Positions 1 to 8,957 of a DNA stretch of 64,000 nucleotides are shown here, one piece after another. The DNA comes from Acidobacteriota bacterium (GTDB taxonomy: Bacteria > Acidobacteriota > UBA890 > WLXD01): the NCBI GenBank assembly GCA_963666215.2, contig CAXWPL010000001.1:32001-96000 (forward strand), read 5' to 3'. Below the pieces are notes generated by a model. It worked only from the letters and a program-made list of their open reading frames with translations. It did not search any database and was not told the DNA's origin. The number at the start of each line of letters is the position of its first letter. Within the stretch, counting starts at the first letter, position 1. Made by a program: the position numbers and the translations under genes.

Positions 1-116
1 CGCGCACGGGGGCGAGTTGTCGGTACGCAGTGAGCGCGATAGCGGCACTGTCTTCACGATTCGTTTACCCATGGAGAAGGTCGACAGCGGAGCACCCTCC
101 GCGGGAGCACAGCGCC

Positions 117-1501
117 ATGCCGCGTAGCCGACTACTCATCGTCGACGACGATCCCGAAGTTCGTTACACGCTGCGCGAGGCCCTCGTGCCGCAGGGCTTC
201 GACGTCGACGAGGCTGGCACCGCCTCCGAGGGTGTCGAGCGCGTTCGCGAGCAGGTGTATGACCTGGTTCTGCTCGACCAGCGGCTACCGGATGCCGAAG
301 GTCTCAGCGTGGTCGGCGAGCTGCGGCTACTGCAGCCTCAGCTGCTCATCGTCATGATGACGGCACACGGCACTCGGAAGACGGCGATCCAGGCCGTGGA
401 TCGGGGCGCCTATGACTTCTTTCACAAGCCCATCAAGCTGGATGAGTTGCGCGTGGTGATCACCCGAGCCCTCGAGCGCCGAGCTCTGGGGCGAGAGGTG
501 GGTCGCCTGCGCGCGCGCGTTCCTCGGAGGACACCTTCGGCAGCATCATCGGCCGCTCGGCGGCGATGCGCGAGGTCTTCGCGACGCTCGAGAAGGTGGT
601 GAGCACCAACACCACCGTGCTTGTGCTAGGCGAGAGCGGCACAGGCAAAGAGCTCGTCGCTCAGGCGGTCCACGAGCGGAGCGGCCGTGCGCAAGAGCCG
701 TTCGTCAAGCTCAACTGCGTCGCGATTCCACAAACCCTGTTGGAGAGCGAGTTATTCGGTCACGAGAAGGGGGCTTTCACGGGCGCTCATCAGCGCAGGA
801 TCGGCAAGTTCGAGCTCGCCGACCGCGGATCCATCCTGCTCGACGAGATCGGCGACATGAGTCTGGAGACGCAGGCCAAGATCTTGCGCGTGCTCCAGGA
901 GCGCGAGTTCGAACGGGTTGGGGGCGTCGAGACCGTGGCGGTGGATGTGAGGGTGATCGCGGCGACGAACCGCGACCTCGTGCGTGAAGTCGAGCGCGGA
1001 CGTTTCCGTGAAGACCTCTACTTCCGACTGAACGTAGTGACCGTTACGCTGCCCGCGCTGCGTCAGCGGCCCGAGGACATTCCGTTGCTGGCGCACCACT
1101 TCATGGCGGAGGCGGCGGAGTCGCAGGGCAAGCCTGTGGCGAAGATCTCGCCGGGCGCGATGGCGGCGCTCGCTGCCTACGACTGGCCCGGAAACGTGCG
1201 GCAACTGCGCCACGCTCTCGAACGCGCCGTCATCTGGGCGGAGGCGGATGAGATCCGCCGTAGCGATCTGCCTGGTGAGGTGGTGGCGGGCTCCCTGGTC
1301 ACGCCGCGCAGCCTGGCGGCGCGCGATTCGGGCGATCTCCCGGCCCTGATGGTGCAAATCGAGCTCGATCTCGTCACCGACGCGCTCCGCCAGGCGGGCG
1401 GCGTGCAGGCAACCGCCGCACGACGCCTCGGCATCAGCGAACGTTCGATGTGGCACAAGGTCAAGAAGCACAACATCGACGTCGAGCGCCTCAAGGCGTA
1501 A
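117..1501 (+). pseudogene. sigma54-dependent response regulator (NtrC/AtoC-type REC-AAA+-Fis HTH), split by a frameshift at ~509-521
   Basis: Frame 1 encodes a receiver domain (LLIVDDD, LLDQRLPD, MTAHG, KP). A second frame continues [19 protein letters not shown] into [36 protein letters not shown] and a C-terminal HTH. One indel joins them. Confidence 0.85.
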
Positions 1502-1633
1502 GCCGCATCACCTCAGGTGACCAACGCTTGGCCGCGCTCGACCATGGCGGTTGCCCGGACCTCTCGCGCTGTGCGGCGCGCCGGCCGCGAGGGTCATCCG
1601 CGGCCACTCTTCCCACGGGTTGTGTTGCCATCA

Positions 1634-1648
1634 CTACAAAATTTGTAG
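1634..1648. promoter_or_regulatory. candidate enhancer (UAS) palindrome for a sigma54 activator
   Basis: Perfect inverted repeat CTACAAA-A-TTTGTAG in an AT-rich intergenic patch ~230 bp upstream of the -24/-12 promoter. Confidence 0.5.
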
Positions 1649-1669
1649 ATCGACGTTCAAGTGCTTTGT

Positions 1670-1682
1670 TATCAACGATTTA
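1670..1682 (+). promoter_or_regulatory. IHF-binding site
   Basis: TATCAACGATTTA matches WATCAANNNNTTR exactly and lies between the palindrome and the sigma54 promoter. Confidence 0.6.
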
Positions 1683-1744
1683 ATCGGACTCATGGTTGCC
1701 ATTTCGAGGATGAGGCTGCACGGAACAGGGGACGGCGTCGCTGT

Positions 1745-1760
1745 GTCGGGATGTCCCGAC
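1745..1760. promoter_or_regulatory. second candidate activator-binding palindrome
   Basis: GTCGGGA-TG-TCCCGAC inverted repeat ~120 bp upstream of -24. A further spaced repeat TGTAAGT-N15-ACTTACA lies at 1799-1827. Confidence 0.45.
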
Positions 1761-1876
1761 TTGACCCGAGGGGGAGGTGAATGACTTTTCTCGATCTTTG
1801 TAAGTCATTCTGATCCAATCACTTACAGCCGATCTTGGTGTCGCCCAGACCTCGATCGAGCCGATCTGGCTGCGTC

Positions 1877-1892
1877 TGGCACGAGCGTTGCT
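1877..1892 (+). promoter_or_regulatory. sigma54 (-24/-12) promoter
   Basis: TGGCACGAGCGTTGCT matches TGGCACG-N4-TTGC(W); it lies just downstream of a bEBP gene and upstream of the HTH/pilin cluster. Confidence 0.85.
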
Positions 1893-1989
1893 CTTCTCTT
1901 CGGCCGTGACGGGCTTGCGTTCGTCACGCTGCCGTACCCACGGCGACCCGCCTCCCGCGGCAAGACAGAGAAGAAGGGGAGCAATCACC

Positions 1990-2208
1990 GTGCAGAAGCT
2001 CTATACCACCGAGACGCTCGCTGAGCTGTTGCAGGTCTCGCCTCGCACCATTCGGCGCGAGCGCAAAGAAGGCCGGCTACCGTTCGTGCGCGTTCGAGGA
2101 CAGATCCGTTATCGCGAGAGCGATGTACGTGCCTATCTCGAGCGCAACGCCAGTATGTCGATGGACGAAGACGTCCTTGGTTCAGCGCTGAGTTGGCGCG
2201 AGGGTTGA
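1990..2208 (+). CDS. small Xis/BldC-like helix-turn-helix DNA-binding protein (HTH_17-type) #1
   Basis: GTG start after GAAGGGGA; LYTTETLAELLQVSPRTIRRERKEGRLPFVRVRGQIRYRESDVRAYL. Confidence 0.85.
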   Translation: MQKLYTTETLAELLQVSPRTIRRERKEGRLPFVRVRGQIRYRESDVRAYLERNASMSMDEDVLGSALSWREG

Positions 2209-2323
2209 TCTCGAACGGCACGGCTCGCGCCGTATCGATCGCGACCTCTCCAGGGACGGACCGGTCGCAGCAACTCGAGCTCAGTCACGAGCGCACCGCG
2301 AAGCAGCAATAGGGAGGCACACC

Positions 2324-2542
2324 ATGACGGGTCTTTACACCACAGAAAGTCTTGCCGACTACCTGCAGGTATCGCCGCACACGGTTCGGCGTGAGCGCGA
2401 GGCGGGACGGTTGCCCTTCATCCGTATCCGCGACCTCGTGAGGTATCGCCCCGAGGATGTCGAGGCGTACCTGTCACGTCAGTCACACGATCGCTACGTT
2501 GCACCGCTGAACGGTCACGGCAGGATCGCGGCTTTCGGCTAG
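2324..2542 (+). CDS. small Xis/BldC-like HTH protein #2
   Basis: SD AGGGAGG; LYTTESLADYLQVSPHTVRREREAGRLPFIRIRDLVRYRPEDVEAYL, a clear paralog of #1. Confidence 0.88.
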   Translation: MTGLYTTESLADYLQVSPHTVRREREAGRLPFIRIRDLVRYRPEDVEAYLSRQSHDRYVAPLNGHGRIAAFG

Positions 2543-2608
2543 AGCAGCTTCGTACGCAACCCGGGATCCTGCTGCCACCGCATGTGGCGAGCGCTCCTGG
2601 TCGAGTCT

Positions 2609-3235
2609 ATGGAGACCCAATTGAGCCAGGCCAAAGGCTTCACTTTGATGGAGGTGGCCGTCATGCTCGCGGTGTTATCCGTTCTCGCCGGCCTTACGGT
2701 CGGAATGGTCGGCAACGTTGTCGAGGATGGGCAGGTGATTCGCGCCCGCGAAGAAGTCGGGCAGATCGGCCGCGCGGTGACCAGTTTCTATGCCGATACT
2801 GGTCAGTTCCCGCAAACTCTCGACGGCAGCCAGTCGACTTTGTCTGCGCAGCTGATCGGCTTGCTGGCCAGTAGCGCGGCGATGCCCGACGTTACCGACG
2901 GCACAGCGTTGTGGGTCCAAGCTCGCGCCGATCGGATGGACGCGCATCTTGCAGCCAACTACCGCGGCTACACGCCGCGCAGCGAGCTGCTGTCGCACGG
3001 CTGGAACGGGCCCTACTTGGCTCCCGAGCTCGGCGACGATCCCTGGGGGCGGGCCTATCTGATCAACGTGTTCTACCGCGACGCTCGCGATGCTCTCGTC
3101 GAGGCCGACGGTACGCCGCTCGGAGCGGTGTACGCGATCTCGGCCGGACCGAACGGAGTCATTGAGACGCCTTATTACCAGCGCCGCGACAGCGCCACTA
3201 TCTTCGGTGACGACATCGGATTCCGACTCCAATGA
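2609..3235 (+). CDS. GspG-like prepilin/pseudopilin #1
   Basis: Class III signal KG|FTLMEV plus hydrophobic helix; WNGPYL, DPWGRAY, SAGPNG and DDIG motifs. Start could be TTG 2621. Confidence 0.85.
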   Translation: METQLSQAKGFTLMEVAVMLAVLSVLAGLTVGMVGNVVEDGQVIRAREEVGQIGRAVTSFYADTGQFPQTLDGSQSTLSAQLIGLLASSAAMPDVTDGTALWVQARADRMDAHLAANYRGYTPRSELLSHGWNGPYLAPELGDDPWGRAYLINVFYRDARDALVEADGTPLGAVYAISAGPNGVIETPYYQRRDSATIFGDDIGFRLQ

Positions 3236-4002
3236 GGACAACAACCAAGAACCCAATCGCCGGCTTTACGCTTGTTGAGGTCGCCATCATCCTGCTCGTG
3301 ATCGCCATTCTGTCGGCGATCGTGACTCCGGTGCTCAGCAGCACCATCGCCGACGCCAGACTTTCGGCGGCGAAATCGGAGATGAGCACGATCGTGCGAG
3401 CCTTCCGCGAGCTGCTTGCGGACCTCGGCTGCCCGTTCGTGCCACGGCGCTCCACCACCGGCAACGTTTACCGCGACCGCGCCAAGGGTGTTGCCGCTGA
3501 CATTCCACCCGTTGCGCCCCCTATGGGTGGGGACTTCGATCTGCGGCCCACCGCGCCGTTGGGGTGCGAGGCTAGCGCGGTGTGTGGTGGCGAGCCGGTC
3601 GCGATTCTCGTGACCTCAGGCGACATTCCCTCGGTAGGGCCAGAGGGCGACTGGAGTTGGGCCGATCCCGTCGATCGGGATGAGGTCGATTTTCTCGAGT
3701 ACTACCTGGTGAGCAACACGCCGGGGGGTAAGGAAGAGCTCGCGTTTCCGACCGCGGCGGAGTGTGGCTCGCGTGAGTTCGGAGGCGCCCACAACTGGCG
3801 CGGCGCGTACACGACACCGGGCACGGGCGATCCTTGGGGGAACCGATACATGATCAATTCGCTCTTTCTGCCGGGCTTCGGTACCGACGACGTGGTGATC
3901 CTGTCGGCCGGGCCCGATCAGGAGATCGACACCGAGTTCGCCGAGGACGGTCTTGTTGCCGGCGGCGACGACCTGGTGCTGTTGATCGCGCCGGGACGCT
4001 AG
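3232..4002 (+). CDS. GspG-like prepilin/pseudopilin #2
   Basis: AG|FTLVEV; WRGAY, DPWGNRY, SAGPDQ, GDDL; ATGA overlap with the previous gene; four Cys in the variable region. Confidence 0.85.
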   Translation: MRTTTKNPIAGFTLVEVAIILLVIAILSAIVTPVLSSTIADARLSAAKSEMSTIVRAFRELLADLGCPFVPRRSTTGNVYRDRAKGVAADIPPVAPPMGGDFDLRPTAPLGCEASAVCGGEPVAILVTSGDIPSVGPEGDWSWADPVDRDEVDFLEYYLVSNTPGGKEELAFPTAAECGSREFGGAHNWRGAYTTPGTGDPWGNRYMINSLFLPGFGTDDVVILSAGPDQEIDTEFAEDGLVAGGDDLVLLIAPGR

Positions 4003-4084
4003 AAGGCGACAGCTGTAGGAATTCTTCGCAAGAAGCGCCACGAGGGTGGCGCAGAGAGACAGGGATCCTGGGGAGGCAAAACGA

Positions 4085-4924
4085 ATGCGACATCAACAAC
4101 AACAACTACGCGGTACACGGCAGCAGGGCTTCACGCTCGTCGAAGTCACGATCATCGTGACGACGCTGGCGATTCTCTCGGCCATCATGCTGCCCCAGAT
4201 GGGCGTCTACCTGCGCGAAGCGCGGTTCGCACGAGTGCGCGAGGACGTTGGCGCGATCGGCGTCGCCATCATGCAGCTTCTCAAGGACACTGGAGAGAGC
4301 GCGCTGTACAAGGAGCCCCAGGGCAACTGGCGCTCGCCTCAGCGAATCGGCTCCAACGATGGCGGCGAGCCCATCGGGCTGCTCGTAGGCGACGGTGACA
4401 CACCCGACGGCAACGACTACAGCTGGCGCGCGTCCTTGGACGACCATGTGCCGGCCGCATCGACCGACTTCGGCAACGTATGGATTCCCAGCGGCTTGGT
4501 CGACACGTTCGCCAATCACTTGATCCACAACAACCCCGGAGGAGGCGACAACTGGAATGGCGTAGGGTCGCCTTGGGCGCGCTATCGCACGCCAGCCGAG
4601 ATGACTTCCGGCGATCACAGCTCGGGCCAACCCAACGGGCTGCAGTTCGACCCGTCCGCTGGCGAGGGGTTCAACTCGGACTTCGCCTGGCGCGGTCCCT
4701 ACCTCGACGCGGTTCGCCCCGATCCTTGGGGGAATCGCTATTCCGCCAACGTGCTCTGGTTCACGATTCCCCAGGGCGGCAACTCCTCGGGTTTCAACCG
4801 CCCGATCGTGGTCATCTCGGCCGGGCCCGACGAGGAGATCGACACCGACTTCTCTTCATCCGGCGGCTTCGTGGTCGGCGACGACGATATTGCGTACCCA
4901 GTGGCCTTCGGCTCATTGCGCTAG
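4085..4924 (+). CDS. GspG-like prepilin/pseudopilin #3
   Basis: SD GGAGG; QG|FTLVEV; WRGPYL, DPWGNRY, SAGPDE, GDDDI. Confidence 0.87.
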   Translation: MRHQQQQLRGTRQQGFTLVEVTIIVTTLAILSAIMLPQMGVYLREARFARVREDVGAIGVAIMQLLKDTGESALYKEPQGNWRSPQRIGSNDGGEPIGLLVGDGDTPDGNDYSWRASLDDHVPAASTDFGNVWIPSGLVDTFANHLIHNNPGGGDNWNGVGSPWARYRTPAEMTSGDHSSGQPNGLQFDPSAGEGFNSDFAWRGPYLDAVRPDPWGNRYSANVLWFTIPQGGNSSGFNRPIVVISAGPDEEIDTDFSSSGGFVVGDDDIAYPVAFGSLR

Positions 4925-4972
4925 CCCAGCGATCCTCCCCTGCCAAGCGATCGTGATGCCGAGAGACGGACG

Positions 4973-5803
4973 ATGATGAGATCGAGATCAGTAGACCGCC
5001 AACATAGCCTGCAAGGCGCGAGCGCCGCAGCTGCCGCCGGTGCCGTCGACCGGGAGCGTGGCTTCACGCTGGTCGAGGTGACGATCATCCTGACAGTGCT
5101 GACGGTGCTCGGTCTGACGCTTCTTCCCGGCATCGGTAACTACCTGCGCGAAGCCCGACTGGCTCGTGCCCGCGGTGATCTCAAGGCGATCTCGAGCGCT
5201 GTGCATGTTTTTCTGGCCGACACCGGCGAGCAGGCGTTCCGCTGCCGCGGCAACGGCAGCCGCGATTCCACCGGCTGGGGCTCGCACAACCCCTCGAGCC
5301 CAGATCCCGACCAGTTGGTGTGGACGCTGGTGAGCGATGGAGACCTGCCCGACGAGCCCAAGAGCGGCAGCGTTGACGGTGCCTGGCGCTGGCGCCGCAC
5401 GGTCGATGGTCATCAGGTCGACACGATTTCCAACCACCTCGTTCAGAACACACCAGGCAACGATCCCGGGACCCATTACCGCACCGCCAAGCATCTCGAC
5501 AACGCGCCGCCCGAGCAGTTCGCGTTCCAGCAAATGTCGGGCTTCAACGCGCGCTTCGCGTGGCGCGGACCCTACCTGTCGGGCCCAGTACGCTCCGACC
5601 CCTGGGGCAATCGTTATGCGATCAACGTGCGATTCCTCGACCCAGTCGCCGACAGCGTTGGCGGGCCAGAGAGCGGCTACACGGAGGATGTCTTCGTGCT
5701 CTCGGCAGGCCCAGACGAGGAAATTGATACTCTTTATGCTGCCGATGGCGTCGTACCTGGTGACGACGATCTGATTATGGTGATCTCTGGGGACAGCCGA
5801 TGA
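4973..5803 (+). CDS. GspG-like prepilin/pseudopilin #4
   Basis: RG|FTLVEV; WRGPYL, DPWGNRY, SAGPDE, GDDDL; closest paralog of #3. Confidence 0.87.
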   Translation: MMRSRSVDRQHSLQGASAAAAAGAVDRERGFTLVEVTIILTVLTVLGLTLLPGIGNYLREARLARARGDLKAISSAVHVFLADTGEQAFRCRGNGSRDSTGWGSHNPSSPDPDQLVWTLVSDGDLPDEPKSGSVDGAWRWRRTVDGHQVDTISNHLVQNTPGNDPGTHYRTAKHLDNAPPEQFAFQQMSGFNARFAWRGPYLSGPVRSDPWGNRYAINVRFLDPVADSVGGPESGYTEDVFVLSAGPDEEIDTLYAADGVVPGDDDLIMVISGDSR

Positions 5804-6516
5804 CTGAAGTCGAGGGTTCGGGTAGCCGGTGCCGCCGGTGTTGGCCGGCGCCATCGGGCTCGCACCGGAAGGCTCGCGGCGAAGCCGGCTTCACGCTGCT
5901 CGAGATCACGATCATTCTGGCCGTAGTCGCCATTCTCGGGCTCATCATGGCGCCCGCCGTGCTGAATTTGATGAATTCGTCGCGGGTTGCCCGCGCGCAA
6001 ACCGACGTGCAAGCGATCGCCGATTCGGTTCGCGACTTTTACGTCGACAACGGGTTCTTCCCTCAGTACGCCGATGCCGCTCGCACCCGCCCGATTCGTT
6101 TGCTGGTTACGGCGGGAGCCGCTCCCGAATCCGCCTCGGCGACGATCGACGGCTGGCAGCTGACTGATCCTTCGCAGATCGATCGTGTTGGCAACCAGCT
6201 GGCCAACAACCGCCCTTCGTTCGGTGCCATCGGCTATCCGCTCAAGCGAGCCAATGGTGAATCGGGCTGGAACGGCCCGTATTTGCATGGCGAGATTGGC
6301 CCCGATCCGTGGGGCAACCGATACGTGATCAATGTCGAGTTCCTATCGGTGAATCTCGGCGGCTACGAGGTCAACGGTGTGCAGCCCAAGCGCGCCGTGT
6401 GGGTGTTGTCGGCCGGGCCCGACGGTGTGATCGACACGATCTATCCGACAGTGTCTGAACAGTCGATCGGGTTGGCCGCGGCGAGCCCATTGGACATCAC
6501 CGCTCGCATTCAGTAG
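5800..6516 (+). CDS. GspG-like prepilin/pseudopilin #5
   Basis: AG|FTLLEI; FYVDNGFFP, WNGPYL, DPWGNRY, SAGPDG; ATGA overlap. Confidence 0.87.
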   Translation: MTEVEGSGSRCRRCWPAPSGSHRKARGEAGFTLLEITIILAVVAILGLIMAPAVLNLMNSSRVARAQTDVQAIADSVRDFYVDNGFFPQYADAARTRPIRLLVTAGAAPESASATIDGWQLTDPSQIDRVGNQLANNRPSFGAIGYPLKRANGESGWNGPYLHGEIGPDPWGNRYVINVEFLSVNLGGYEVNGVQPKRAVWVLSAGPDGVIDTIYPTVSEQSIGLAAASPLDITARIQ

Positions 6517-6903
6517 CTCAGCTCGCACCGCTCGCTGATCTCCCAGCGAGCGCGGCTGACGAGCTCCTCGTCCTCGACTTCTCGAGGAAGAGATCCACGA
6601 CGACTAACGGAAGACCCATGTGCGCCGAGCGGGCCGGGGTCGTCGGTCGTCCGGTCATTTGCTCTCGACCGCAGGGGCCGCGTACGCACCATAGGAGTGT
6701 GACCCCGCGAAATCAGGCCCGCCGTTGTCGGTTGCTGTCGATCGTCCAGCGCCCAGGCAACGGCCCGGGTGTCAGCGGTGGCCACAGCGGATAGGAGGAA
6801 TTGCGGTTACTCAGGACGCCCGGTAGGGTACCCGGATGGTTGACGTCGAGCCTTGCAGGTAGGGCTTGGCCCGGTTGAGATACGATTGAGCAGGCGGCGT
6901 TCG

Positions 6904-7122
6904 ATGGCGAAAGACACGCTTTTTACGACCTATAGCTTGGCCCAGTACCTACAGGTCAGCACACGGACCGTGCAGCGAGAGGTCGAGCGCGGTCGCATGC
7001 CGTTCGTCCTCGTGAGCGGTCGCCGTAGATACCGTAAGGCCGACGTCGAGGCCTATCTGCAGAGCCGGCTGCAACGGTCGCGCTTCCGTCTTATCCAGGG
7101 CGGCAGAAGTAACTTCGGCTAG
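6904..7122 (+). CDS. small Xis/BldC-like HTH protein #3
   Basis: LFTTYSLAQYLQVSTRTVQREVERGRMPFVLVSGRRRYRKADVEAYL, paralog of #1 and #2. Confidence 0.85.
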   Translation: MAKDTLFTTYSLAQYLQVSTRTVQREVERGRMPFVLVSGRRRYRKADVEAYLQSRLQRSRFRLIQGGRSNFG

Positions 7123-7329
7123 AGCGCCAGCGGAACCGGTCGTCCGCAAGCCCGTTGAGGGTGTTGCCTGCGGCGGCCAGGATCGGCCGCGTGGTCGCCA
7201 AACCTAGCAACGAGGCCGATAGCTGGACACACGGGGTCAACGCCTCCCGTCGGTAGTTGTCGCTGCGTCCCCAGCCGTGACATCGTCGCGCTCGATAACT
7301 CGCCCCCCATCTTCCCCCCGGCGGTCTCC

Positions 7330-7605
7330 GTGCCCAAGCAGCGGCTCGACACTCTCGACACCCTCGCGGAGCGCTTCGGCCTACCGTGGCGGACGATCGT
7401 TCGCGAGGTATTGCGTACGCGCCTGCCGTACGTAAGCGTCGCTGGGAGCTGGCGGTTCCGCGAGCGCGATGTGGAGGTCTGGCTACAGCGCGTCGGCGAC
7501 CTTCCTCGTCTCGAGCTGCTCACGGGAGGTAGAACAGCGAGGGCACCGGGTGAACGCTCCCGTCGCCATGGCGCAGACCAGGAAGCTCGTGGTCGGCACG
7601 ACTAG
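7330..7605 (+). CDS. small Xis/BldC-like HTH protein #4 (divergent)
   Basis: TLDTLAERFGLPWRTIVREVLRTRLPYVSVAGSWRFRERDVEVWL fits the same wing pattern LP(F/Y)V.V.G..R(F/Y)R..DV. Confidence 0.75.
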   Translation: MPKQRLDTLDTLAERFGLPWRTIVREVLRTRLPYVSVAGSWRFRERDVEVWLQRVGDLPRLELLTGGRTARAPGERSRRHGADQEARGRHD

Positions 7606-7693
7606 AGACCTGCCGCGGCGCCAATCGAGGTCCTGTCCTGGATTCTGTGGCCAAGCGCGGACAAACGTGGCCAGCGCCGCTTGAGAGACGGTA

Positions 7694-7720
7694 GGAACGC
7701 GTCTAGGCTCTCCCCTCGTT
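7694..7720 (+). promoter_or_regulatory. possible ECF-sigma promoter upstream of HTH #5
   Basis: GGAAC-N18-CGTT about 40 bp before the start codon; short motif, could be chance. Confidence 0.3.
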
Positions 7721-7761
7721 TGGATGAGCTTCACTAAAGAGCTGGGAAGAGGCGACGACTC

Positions 7762-7977
7762 TTGAGCGAGAGTCTTCGAGTTGAGACGGTCGCGAGCTTG
7801 ACTGAGCGGGTCGGTATGAGCCGCGAAACCATCGTTCGCGAGGTCCGCGAGGGGAGTCTGCCGTACGTCAACGTCGGTGGCCATTGGCGATTCCGCGATT
7901 GCGACGTGGCCTACTGGAAGCGCAATCAGCGGCGAGCCGGTTTTCGCGTCATCGCAGGCGCCGCCGAAACCGCCTAG
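7762..7977 (+). CDS. small Xis/BldC-like HTH protein #5
   Basis: ETVASLTERVGMSRETIVREVREGSLPYVNVGGHWRFRDCDVAYW, paralog of #4. Confidence 0.78.
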   Translation: MSESLRVETVASLTERVGMSRETIVREVREGSLPYVNVGGHWRFRDCDVAYWKRNQRRAGFRVIAGAAETA

Positions 7978-7978
7978 G

Positions 7979-8957
7979 TGTGTTTTCTAAGTAGGTTGTT
8001 CACATCGGGGCTCACTTCTGAGATCAATGGGGTTGTTCAAAAGACTCCACGACCTCAGAAGGAGCGCCCGATGCAGCTGCATGGTAACGCCCGCACGACG
8101 CCGTATATACGCCGAGAGATGGTCCGCCGAGTCCGGGAGCGGGCGGAGCCCGTGACGGAAACGGCGGCGGCGCTCGGCGTGTCGGCTCGAACGGTTTACA
8201 AGTGGCTGGATAGATACGAGCGAGAAGGTGAGGCCGGGCTGCTCGATCGATCAAGCCGGCCGACGTGCTGTCCGCACGCAACAAGCGCTGGAGTTGTGAG
8301 GCAGATCGACAAGCTACGTCGGCGGCGACTGACGGCCTGGCAGATCAGCCGAAGGTTGGCTGTGCCGCGCTCGACCGTCTCGGCGTGGCTGAAGCGGCTC
8401 GGACTCGCCAAGCTTGATGCGCTCGAGCCCAAGCCCGAGATCGTTCGCTACGAGTACGAGCACCCCGGTGACCTACTGCACCTGGATACGAAGAAACTGG
8501 CCCGTATCCGGCGACCTGGACACCGCATCCACGGCGACCGCTCCAAGCGGGCCTACGGCGTCGGCTGGGAGAACGCCCACGTCGCTATCGACGATCACTC
8601 TCGGGTGGCGTACGTCGAAGTGCTGCCCGCCGAAGACCAACACACCTGCACAGCGTTCCTGCAGCGAGCCGTCGAGCACTTCGCTTCGATGGGAGTAGCG
8701 GTGCGCCGAGTGATGACAGACAACGGGCCTGGCTACGTCTCGAAGCGCTTCAATCGCCTATGCCATCAACTCGAGATCCGGCACATTTACACCCGGCCCT
8801 ACACCCCCAGAACCAACGGCAAAGCCGAACGCTTCATCCGCACACTCAAGGAGCAGTGGGCCTACGGCACCTGCTACCAGACCTCAGCTCGACGTACTCG
8901 AGCTCTACGGCCCTGGCTCAACCACTACAATCGTCACCGTCCCCACGCCGGCATCGG
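7979..8957 (+). mobile_element. IS481-family element, copy 1, lacking its last 64 bp including the right inverted repeat
   Basis: Starts TGTGTTTTCTAAGTAGGTTGTTCAC after CCTAGG. Matches 23224-24202 with one difference seen (8511 G vs 23756 C), then diverges. Confidence 0.93.

Noticed and set aside
2609-6516. Complete type II secretion operon (gspGHIJK) or shufflon
   Set aside because: All five carry the GspG-type DPWG/SAGP tail rather than distinct minor-pseudopilin features; no gspD/E/F, no recombinase and no inverted cassettes
1990-7977. Prophage or integrative element suggested by the excisionase-like genes
   Set aside because: No integrase, tRNA/att site, replication or virion genes seen; the genes sit behind a host-type sigma54 promoter
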